A stretch of DNA of 64,000 nt. Origin: Raja brachyura (lineage: Eukaryota). The notes under the pieces were generated by a model. It saw only the letters and a list, made by a program, of their open reading frames with translations. It was not told the DNA's origin and did not search any database. Shown one piece after another: positions 15,001-27,000 of this stretch; position 1 is the first letter of the stretch, and every line of letters starts with the position of its first letter. The position numbers were made by a program, and so were the translations under genes. The stretch is taken from the NCBI GenBank assembly GCA_963514005.1, contig OY740799.1, forward strand, positions 33,170,001 to 33,234,000, written 5' to 3'.

Positions 15001-18000
15001 AAGTAATGTTAATGGATAATCGATGGTCAGCATGGACTCGGTGAGCCGAAATGCCAGTTTCCATGCTGTATCTTTAAACTAAACTACAGTTAAACCTCAG
15101 TGGCTGGGAGAAGTGGAGTAAACACTGAGGGATTACTTTAAGGAGATGGCCAGGGCTCCCCACATTGCACTCACAGGTGAAGTGCGCAGCAACACTGCAC
15201 TCTGAGACATCTGTTTATGTGTTTTTGGTCTGAAGAAGACATGGCTGTCACTGCCAACCCCTTTGACACAGTGACAAAACATAAAATTTGTTGTTTTGTT
15301 TGCATTTCTATATATATATTTATTTGTTTATTTTTCATTTTGGTAAGTGCAAATTTTAATCTGTATCTCAAATGTTTTGGTAGTTGACTACGAAATGGAT
15401 AAGGGCAAATTTCTATTACTTAAATGACAGTAGCATGGTTGTTGCCTTGAGGAAATATCAGAAATAGATAAGGACTGAAGTTTTATTATGTACGTGTTTA
15501 TAACAACAGGAATAAAGACCACAACTGTTCCATCTACAACACTGTTGACCACAACTCCACTTACATCAACTTCAACAATTTCTACACCAATCACTAGCCC
15601 AGGTAAGGTGATACTAGTTACAGGTTATGACATGTAATATTTACAATTTGGTAAGAACAGATTTCAAAAGATCAGAGGTGAAACTGGACATTGGTATGTC
15701 TGTACTTTTGGACATAATAATTATAAATGGGATTCATAAGCAGGTTATCACTTTCCAACACATTTCATGATGTTGGCGATCAGTAACTTTAATCTGCATA
15801 CTCCACCTGGGTATCAAAGAGATGATAAACATTGTGTAAAAAGGGCAAAAGAGAGTCTCTCCTGGCTCCACAAGGCAAATGTATGATTCAGTCAAATAGA
15901 TCTCATCTCAGTTCACTTTCACAGCTCCTGCCTCATAGGAACAAGCCCAAAGCAACTGTAGATGTAAGAGGCATACACCTCTTTGATATCAGCATATCAA
16001 AATGATGAAAGGGATAGACAGAGTTGACGTGGATAAGCTTTTCCCATTGAGGGTAGGAAAGATTCAAACAAGAGGGCATGACATGAGAATTAAGGGACAG
16101 AAGTTTAGGGGTAACATGAGGGGGAACTTCTTTACTCAGAGAGTGGTGGCTGTGTGGAATCACCTTCCTGCAGAAGTGGTGGAGGCAGGATCGATTTTAA
16201 CATTTAAAAGTAAAGTGGGTAGGTATATGGACGGGAAGGGAATGGAGGGGTATGGTCTGAGAGCAGGTAGATGGGACTAGGGGAAAATAAATGGTCGGCA
16301 CGGACTGGAAGGGCCGAGAAGGCCTGTTTCCGTGCTGTAATTGTTATATGGTTATATAGTTATATGGTTAAGAGGCAATTTGTATGGATAAAGTCTGAGC
16401 TTTGGCTTCTGTTTTAAACTCGCTTGTGAAAAGCACATAAGGTCAGGGTTTCATGTTGCCATCTTGCCGAAATGTTGATAAGGATAATGAATGTATATCA
16501 GGAACATCCTCACATAGAACAGTACAGCACAATAACAGGCCTTTTGGATCACACAATGCTCAGTTCAATTAATCTCCTCTGCCTGCAACTAATCTCTGCC
16601 TGCACAATTCTCCATTTTGTGGCTGGGCGACATTTAGAGAGGATGTGTGTATGGTGGGTGTTGAGTGCCCGGCCCACTGCTGAGGGTGGTGATGGAGGCA
16701 GATACAATTGTGGTGTTTAAGAGACTTTTGGATAGACACCTGGATATGCAGGAAATGGAGGGTATGGATTATGTACTGGCAGATAAGGATTGGTTTCGGC
16801 ATCATGTTCGCCACAGACATAGTGGGTTGATGGACCCGTTCCTGTGCTGTATTGTTCTATGTTCTTTTTGAGTAAAATTGACAACTGAATATAATGTCTG
16901 TTTGATTATATTGAGCAATTCTAAAACTGTTTTTTTTTTAAAAGGGGGATAGTAAGATACATTTTTCAGAAAGCTTATTCAGAGAAATGTAAATGTTAGT
17001 TTTAAATATTCATCAGTTTTAACTTCAGTTTTTGTGTTGTTACTATTTTAGTGGGGACCTACATTTCTGAGTGGCAGAAATCAGCCAATGCCCAGCCCCA
17101 TCCACACTAGTCCCACCTCTACATTTGCCAATGTCCTTCTAAACCTATCCAATCTATGTACCTATCCAAATGTTTCTTAATATATTTTTTTAATTTTTAC
17201 TTTAATTTGGGTTTTTTTAAACTGCCAGTAACATCATCTCAGACTAATGCCATGGCATTCTCCTTAATCAATAAACCTACCATTTTGCTATTTTGGGAGA
17301 ACTGCATGATTCTATGACTGAATGTTGGATCTCAATGAAAATATGAACTAAAACAGATGTGATATCAAACTCTGCTAGAGAGTTAACGTGTCATCACAGC
17401 GTCAATAAATATTTAATTCTAACCTCCCTCAATATTGTGATAGACTTATCAAGCTGACGTGAAGGTCAAATCTACAATACCCAATTTCTTGCAGCCAAGG
17501 CCTTGGGTTACATCTGAATATTGATATAATGGAAGGATGATCATAATAACCATTGCCCCTTCACATCTTTTCAATTCTAGTACACCTTTTAATTAAGAAT
17601 CTTGTAGACATCTCTGCTCAACTCTGTTATCCACAGTTATTTCCTGACAGTTTCCCTCTGTTAAATAATGTTGATATTGTTAAATATTGCAGCTCCCTAC
17701 CCTTTTACAAATTCCTCCTAAACTGATAGCAACGCTTCTAAGTACTATTTAATATTGTCCTTGTACAAAGAAATGTACCATAAATGTTGCAGACAGACCT
17801 GTTAGAAATATATGAAAATAAAGCAGCAGACACAGCGTGGACAGTCAGAACCAGGGCGGAAATAGCAGAGCATAGCCTTAACGTGAGAGGGGCATTGAAA
17901 TGAACATGGAGGTGGATTTGAGTAACTATCAAAGAACTGTAAAGGGATAATGCAGTTACCACTCTTGCTCACAAAATAATGTTCTATTGAAAGTATGGTT

Positions 18001-21000
18001 TCCTTGTGATGCAGATAAATCACCCAGCACATTATATTGCTGAATGGAGTATGGTTATAATTTGCTGAAATTATGTTATGCAATCATTTATCCGGTTAGT
18101 TTTCTACTGCCTCAGTTGTGCCATTCATCGTTGAATGGTCATGAATGCTTTTACTTTCTTAAGAAACAATAACAGTACCAACCATAACTGAGTTTACCAC
18201 CAGTCACACAACTGGTGGGTGATGCCTTCATTCAATATTAATTCATGGATATTTTAAAGCAACTATTCTTTTAAGCACTGCAAAGTTGAACTTTATTGGC
18301 TTGCCACAATCGTTTTAATTTCAGCGCAGTAGTGTTCTATCCTTCTCCAGAATCTTAAGGGTTCACTCGAGGTTGGTGATATGGCACAGAACAGATTAAA
18401 TATATCGCCTTCATTAACATTCGGAATTATTTCTGTATCAAGCACCAGAAATTTGGGTTGCCATACAGCCATACGAATAAAAAAGGAACACAACACACGA
18501 TAGAATTTAACATAGACATCCCCACACAGCAGAATCAACGTTTCCCACTGTGAGGGAAGGCAATAAAGTTCAGCCATCTTCCTCTTTGGTTACCCGTGGT
18601 CGGGGGCGCCAATGTTCAGGCCCTCGCCGGGATGATCGGAACTCCGACGTTGGAACGGAGAACTCTCTCAGCGGCTTGGAGTTCCGAACCGGCCACCTAC
18701 CGGAGACCAGAGCTCCCGATGTCCACAGGCCGTGCTTGGCGGAGATTCACACTGGCGTCCTCGCCAAAGGGACACCAGGACTCCAACACTAAGAATACCT
18801 CCAAAACATGCTTTTAAACGGACTAAAAATAACAAAAAGATGAAAAAAAAAGACAGAATGCAAACAGAGGCTGCCTTCAAATGGCCCCCCCCTGTGGTAA
18901 TGTAAATGTAATCATACAACTGAAATCTGAGATACCATATTGGAGAGAGATTAAAGACCAAATGTGATATACAAAACCAGCTGATTATCTGAAAGCTAAA
19001 TTTACTCTTGGGTCCTAAAGCCATATGCGTAGTTGGAAAATGAGGTACTGTAACTTACACTGAGTACTGAACTTTATTGGAAATGTGTTGGAGATACAAA
19101 GTGGAAACGTAGGGAACATTTAAATGACTGACATATAAAATCTCATAAATAACATATACTACAGTAAATCTGTTTTGGTCTCCACTCTGCTGTGGATCCT
19201 CCCTTTCCTTTTCTTGTATGCTCACTGCCTATCCTGATTATTTTTAAGATTTTATTTGTTTCTTTGCAGTAACACTTTTTCCAGACATACCCCTTGTTCT
19301 TTCTTCTCCTTTCCTTCCATCTTTCAGTCACTATTTGGGTCACTCAATCTCTCCTGGTCTCCAGCCCATCACATCATCCCCTATTTCTCTGCACTGTAAA
19401 TTTTGTTGCATTCTAAATTTTCCAGTACTTATAAAATAGAATCAGTCTCAAATGTTAATTCTTAACAGATGCTGCTTGACCTACCAAGTACTCCCAGTCA
19501 TTTCTGCTTTCATTTTTCTTATGTCTGAAATCTGCTTGAGCGGTATAAGAATTGAGTTGACTTTGTGATTTGAATTTGTTTGTTATTTTCCAGAAGAAAC
19601 ATCAACTGTTACATCAACCAGCATTCCTTCCACAACAGGTAGGTGTTGGCTTTTTCAATATATATTTATTTTGCAACCTCAACTGATCACAATGAAAATC
19701 CATTTGTTTTCTTCTCTATCATCGTCATAAACATCAACGTGCACGGTGCCTTACAATGCTATGTACGACAGTGATCATAACTTCTACTGAAGTGTGGATG
19801 GCCGTTGGCTCGCTTGGAGCTAATCTGCCTTTTGACAGGTCTTGTTTTTGGTCCTGCAGTGGGTTCACTGCCCCCTCCTCACCTGGCAAACTAGGTGGGG
19901 GAGACGGTTTAGTCACCGACTATCCGACCATGGAGCAGGTAGCACGGGATTACATGGTACCCGTGGCGGGTGGTAATCCCCCCTATCTTCTCTACCTTTT
20001 TGATATATTAGACCCTGTTCCCTGTTCCCCATTTTTACTGTCATAAGTAAAATGTTCGGTCACTCACAATGGCAGCTACTTTTATCATCATGCGGAAATT
20101 TGAACTCCCTTCTTTATAAGAATATGATAGGTAACTTCTTTATTTGGGCATGCGAGGAAACTGTTTGGCCCATTGTGTCCTTTTCAACTTCCAACAGCAC
20201 AATGTCATGTCCCCTGCTTATTTCCCTGTATTTCTACAACATATTCTCTTCCACATCCACTCTCCTTTGATTCTTTTGGTATTGGTCTATACAAAGGAAT
20301 AATTTACAAGAGCCAATTAATCTACCAGCATGTCTCTGGGTGACAGGAGGAACTCAAGGAAGTACAGGGAGCCAATATGAGCTCCATACAAACAGCACCT
20401 AATATCAGGATTGAACTTGGATCTCTCAAGCTTTCAGGCAAAGGCAAGGCACAGCCTTCCACAGCTTGTTGAGAGTGGTCTTCTTTTCATTATAATCTCT
20501 TTCCTCCTTTAACTCTTGATTCTGTTTTATGAATTGACAGCAAACGTGTTCCTTTATCATATATTATCCTGGAGCAGCTACCTTTTTGCCATTTCCCTCT
20601 TGCCCACTAATTAAACTCTTCTGCATATATGTTATACCTTTTCACCATATACAGTACGTAGCATGTTTCAAGGTGATATGGTGAGGCAACGCAACTACTC
20701 CAATAATGTTCTTCAATAGCACGCTGAGACCAACCCATCAAAGTGGAAAGAATATCCGGCTGTTAAAATCATGCAATAGTTAGTGCACAGCTGCAGTCAG
20801 CTGCCTGATAAGTGACATCTCACGTTTGTGCTTTATGCTTTTTCTCTATTGTTCTGTTCTGCACTGGCAATGAATGTTTCCCTACTTGAAGTTGTATCTT
20901 AATTCAGATCAATCAACAGTTCCCCAAACATATTGTTATTATTCCCATTTTACTGTTCCCATTTTCATTTAAACTGTAATTTGTAAGATTCATTTTGATG

Positions 21001-24000
21001 CACAACCATGTTTCTCAAATCTTGTTTTTTATATTTATGTTTATATTTTCCACTATGTAGTGTTTTTTTACAAGTTTGCCTTATGTTTTCTTTCTTTACA
21101 TTACAGTGCCATACTGTTTGGGTGTATGGTCTCCTTGGTCTAATAATGATACACCAACACCGTCATCTCCAAATGATTATGAATTGTTGATACCATATGG
21201 CACTCAATTGTGCCCATCTTCTTCTGATAAAATTACCACCATTCAGTGCCAATTTGCCAAACATCCTGAATGGCCACTAAGTGTATCGCCAGATGTTGTG
21301 ACCTGCAATAAAGAGATAGGATTGATGTGCACATTCTCTGGATCTCCTTCTGGCCACTTTTGTAATGACTACAGAATTAGAGTTTGCTGCGAGCCAACTG
21401 AGACGACAACTGTCCCCACGACTACAACTGAGTCTACCACCAGTCCCACGACTGGTGAGTGATACCTTCTCCAGTACTTGTTAACAGTCGTTTTAAAGGA
21501 AGGACAACTGTGTCCAAAGTATGTCCAGCTTGTGCTGGAATTGAACCAAATACAAATATTACTGCTCAATGTTGCGATGATTATAAATTTGCAGTGGCTT
21601 TTGTTGATGTTATTCCACAACTTCTCTTTAATCAATATATGCTGATTTTGTTACTACACTTAAAAATGTGCTTTTCTTCGTTGAATATAAAGGACATGTA
21701 TGCATTTGTTTACAGAAGAAACAACAACAACAACAGCTACGACCACCACAGAATCTACCACCAGTCCTACAACTGGTAAGTGATATCTTATCTCAATGTG
21801 CACTCATAGTTTTTTTTTATCACAGCTGAGTTCATACACACACGTTCCCATCCTTGCTTCAAGTTTCGCAATTTCATGATCCCATTTTAGAGTCTGTGGG
21901 TTCAGTCTTGATGGTCCTCTGATGCTGGATAGAGGTAGTGCAGCACTGACAATACTGTGCTGTTCAGCTTGAGATTTTGAGCTGGGTTTGTGAGTGTGCT
22001 GTTGTGACTGCGGTATATTTTGTGGCCAATAGCAAAGAACAGAAACATCTCTCAACTACCATGAATAATAACGATGATTACAACAAAATTTCTCAGGAAA
22101 TATTTTTAAGTTCTATAGTTTATCGGATGTAGATATGAATAAGTAGTTTCTGGTGTTCCCTATATTTCAGCTGTGACCATATTTTAATACAATTTCTTGC
22201 TGCAAGTCCTTTGCAAGATAGGAAGTATTGAAAGGAGTTTATCTCGACTTTACACAATCTCTTTTGAAATAGTCCAATTACCACCTGCATTTGTCGGTCA
22301 TTCAAAATCTACGATTCAACATGGATGATTTAATTGTCCATGAATTTGTTTCTCTTTCGAAGAAACATCTACAACAACCAGCACAACTGAGTCCACAACC
22401 ACTTCCACAACTGGTGGGTGGTGATATTTTCATTTGTAAATCTTTTAAACACAAGCTCACCTATACATATACATACTATATCACATAATTTAAAACAAAT
22501 GTAATGCCTTGGTAGACAAAAATGCTGGAGAAACTCAGCAGGTGCAGCAACATCTATGCAGCGAAGGATATAGGCAACGTTTCGGGCCGAAACCCTTCTT
22601 CAGACCCTTTCGGCCCGAAGCGTTGCCTATTTCCTTCACTCCATAGATGCTGCTGCACCCGCTGAGTTTCACCAACATTTTTGTCTACCTTTGATTTTCC
22701 AGCATCTACAGTTCCTTCGTAAATAAATGTAATGCCTTTATTATTTTCCAGAAGAAACCACTCCCACGGTGACACCAAGCACCACCACCACCTACACAAC
22801 AGGTGAGTGATCACCTCTGTCAGTAGCTTATTACCAGCCGTAACGTTCAGTCATTCAATTTCAACTTCTGCTTGCCTTCAGTTTAATCATTCTTCAACTT
22901 GCATGTAATGCTTTTATTTGCAGAAAAAACAACAATAACAACGCCAGGGCCACCCACAACCACGTCTACCACCAGCCCCACAACTGGTGAGTAATGCATT
23001 TTATCAATCATTTTAACACAAATATGCTCACAGTACCACTTGCAGGTTGTGACAATGATGATCACTCTTGCCTTGTGCAACACAATTTTACCTCAGCAGC
23101 TCATGGGATGTTATCGAATTTCAAAGTCTTGAGATTCAAACTAGAATTGTGTTTTAATGCAATGCAAAGGAACGACAGTAATGCCCAAAGTATGTGCTGG
23201 AGTTGAAACACATACAAATATTACTGCTGAATGTAGTATGGATTGTATATTTGCAGTGACTATGTTGAAATATTATTCCACAACTTCTTTTAATTTGTGC
23301 AATATATGTTCATTTTGTTACTCCTCTCTCAAATGTGTAATTCTTCAAGTTGAATGTAAAGGTCGTGTATGTATGTGTTTACAGAAAGAACTACACCAAC
23401 AGTGACAACAACAACAGAATCTACCACCAGTCCCACAACTGGTGAGTGATAACTACTCTCAATGTAAACCCATGGGTTTTTATATCACAGCTAAGCTCAT
23501 AAACATTATTTTCAGTTGCACTACTTTCCCTTCCTTTCTTCAATTTCACTTCATCCATAACAGATGAGTGATCGCCTCTGTCAGTATATACTCACTGGCT
23601 GTTGGATTTGGTTGTTCAATTAAAACTTCTACTCATCTTCAGTGAAAGTCTAATAATTTGACCTTTCCACTACAATTTCCAATAACAAGCATTGGTCTAA
23701 ATATTGAATGAAGGGTCCTGAAATTTATTTCTGCAGACAATTATTAGAATCCTCTTCTTTAAATGATGGCAACTATGATGATCAGCCAGCCTGTGTGAGT
23801 CTCAATAAAGCATCTCTCATGGGTAATTAAGCTATGTAATTCATAATAAAAGTGCAATGGTAGGTTTTCTGGTGATTGCCATAAATAAGTGGGTACACCA
23901 CACTGAAATGCATTGAAGTCTTTGAGGGAATGAAAACTGAGCAAAAATCGTGCAGGACTATACTATTTTGTTGCTGCTGCATCTCTACTCGTGATGGTTC

Positions 24001-27000
24001 TGCAGAGAAGAAAATAATTTTTCCATGTCTAAATTGTTTTCACATTTCTCAATAATTTCTCAGCATTACACTTGAAAGTTCCAAGTGATCAACAGTATGT
24101 TAAGTGCAGTTACCACGCTTGCTCACAAAATAATGTTCTATTGAAAGTATGGTTTCCTTGTGATGCAGATAAATCACCCAGCACATTATATTGCTGAATG
24201 GAGTATGGTTATCATTTTGAAGCCATTTGCTGAAATTATGTTACACAATCATTTATCCGGCTAATTTTCTACTTCCTCAGTTGTGCCATTCATCGTTGAA
24301 TGGTCATGAATGCTTTTACTTTCTTAAGAAACAATAACAGTATCAACCATAACTGAGTTTACCACCAGTCAGATAACTGGTGGGTGATGCCTTCATTCAA
24401 TATTAATTCATGGATATTTTAAAGCAACTATCCTTTTAAGCACTGCAAGCTTGAACTTTATTGGCTTGCCACAATCGTTTTAATTTCAGCGCAGTAGAGT
24501 TCTATCCTTCTCCAGAATCTTAAGGGTTCACTCGAGGTTGGTGATATGGCACAGAACAGATCAAATATATCTCCTTCATCAACATTCGGAATTATTTCTG
24601 TATCAAGCACTGGAAATTTGGGTTGCCATACAGCCATACGAATAAAAAAGGAACACAACACACGATAGAATTTAACATAGACATCCCCACACAGCAGAAT
24701 CAACGTTTCCCACTGTGAGGGAAGGCAATAAAGTTCAGCCATCTTCCTCTTTGTTTACCCGTGGTCGGGGGCCCCAATGTTCAGGCCCTCGCCGGGATGA
24801 TCGGAACTCCGACGTCGGAATGGAGAACTCTCTCAGCGACTTGGAGTTCCGAACCGGCCACCTACTGGAGACCAGGGCTCCCGATGTCCACAGGCCGTGC
24901 TTGGCGGAGATTCACACTGGCGTCCTCGCCAAAGGGACCACCAGGACTCCGCGATGTTGTTCAGCATTGCCTGCGGCTAGAAGCTCCGCAACCATAGTTC
25001 TACGATGTTAAAACAGTAGGCCCAATGCTCCGGAGCTTCATCAAACGATCCCCAGTAAGGAACAGACAGCTCCACTCAGAGGTGTTAATTCAGTGCTGCG
25101 TCGCTGTTGAAGCTCTGGTCGGTCTCCGGAAGGAACGGCCGCGCCAATCCAGTTTGTCTGCCGCGAGGAGTGGGCGAAGATGAGAATAGTCGCATCCTCG
25201 CCAGGAAGAGACTGAGAAAAGGTTCCCCACCCCCCTACCCTGACCCACTACCCCACATAAAAAGACTAAGAATACCTCCAAAACATACTTTTAAACAGAC
25301 TAAAAATAACAAAAAGATGAAAAAAAAAGACAGAATGCAAACAGAGGCTGCCTTCAAATGGCGCCCCCCTGTGGTAATGTAAATGTAATCATACAACTGA
25401 AATCTGAGATACCATATTGGAGAGAGATTAAAGACCAAATGTGATATACAAACCAGCTGATTATCTGAAAGCTAAATTTACTCTTGGGTCCTAAAGCCAT
25501 ATGCGTAGTTGGAAAATGAGGTACTGTAACTTACACTGAGTACTGAACTTTATTGGAAATGTGTTGGAGATACAAAGTGGAAACGTAGGGAACATTTAAA
25601 TGACTGACATATAAAATCTCATAAATAACATATACTACAGTAAATCTGTTTTGGTCTCCACTCTGCTGTGGATCCTCCCTTTCCTTTTCTTGTATGCTCA
25701 CTGCCTATCCTGATTATTTTTAAGATTTTATTTGTTTCTTTGCAGTAACACTTTTTCCAGACATACCCCTTGTTCTTTCTTCTCCTTTCCTTCCATCTTT
25801 CAGTCACTATTTGGGTCACTCAATCTCACCTGGTCTCCAGCCCATCACATCATCCCCTATTTCTCTGCACTGTAAATTTTGTTGCATTCTAAATTTTCCA
25901 GTACTTATAAAATAGAATCAGTCTCAAATGTTAATTCTTAACAGATGCTGCTTGACCTACCAAGTACTCCCAGTCATTTGTGCTTTCATTTTTCTTATGT
26001 CTGAAATCTGCTTGAGCGGTATAAGAATTGAGTTGACTTTGTGATTTGAATTTGTTTGTTATTTTCCAGAAGAAACATCAACTGTTACATCAACCAGCAT
26101 TCCTTCCACAACAGGTAGGTGTTGGCTTTTTCAATATATATTTATTTTGCAACCTCAACTGATCACAATGAAAATCCATTTGTTTTCTTCTCTATCATCG
26201 TCATAAACATCAACGTGCACGGTGCCTTACAATGCTATGTACGACAGTGATCATAACTTCTACTGAAGTGTGGATGGCCGTTGGCTCGCTTGGAGCTAAT
26301 CTGCCTTTTGACAGGTCTTGTTTTTGGTCCTGCAGTGGGTTCACTGCCCCCTCCTCACCTGGCAAACTAGGTGGGGGAGACGGTTTAGTCACCGACTATC
26401 CGACCATGGAGCAGGTAGCACGGGATTACATGGTACCCGTGGCGGGTGGTAATCCCCCCTATCTTCTCTACCTTTTTGATATATTAGACCCTGTTCCCTG
26501 TTCCCCATTTTTACTGTCATAAGTAAAATGTTCGGTCACTCACAATGGCAGCTACTTTTATCATCATGCGGAAATTTGAACTCCCTTCTTTATAAGAATA
26601 TGATAGGTAACTTCTTTATTTGGGCATGCGAGGAAACTGTTTGGCCCATTGTGTCCTTTTCAACTTCCAACAGCACAATGTCATGTCCCCTGCTTATTTC
26701 CCTGTATTTCTACAACATATTCTCTTCCACATCCACTCTCCTTTGATTCTTTTGGTATTGGTCTATACAAAGGAATAATTTACAAGAGCCAATTAATCTA
26801 CCAGCATGTCTCTGGGTGACAGGAGGAACTCAAGGAAGTACAGGGAGCCAATATGAGCTCCATACAAACAGCACCTAATATCAGGATTGAACTTGGATCT
26901 CTCAAGCTTTCAGGCAAAGGCAAGGCACAGCCTTCCACAGCTTGTTGAGAGTGGTCTTCTTTTCATTATAATCTCTTTCCTCCTTTAACTCTTGATTCTG

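Noticed and set aside
15931-15970. Possible extra microexon after cctcatAG
   Set aside because: In-frame TAG in the required phase and not PTS-like.
18287-19080. 13-bp direct repeat TGAACTTTATTGG (18287-18299, 19068-19080) as a TSD
   Set aside because: The same motif occurs inverted inside the element (caataaagttca, 18561) and resembles its own tail, so a TSD cannot be established.
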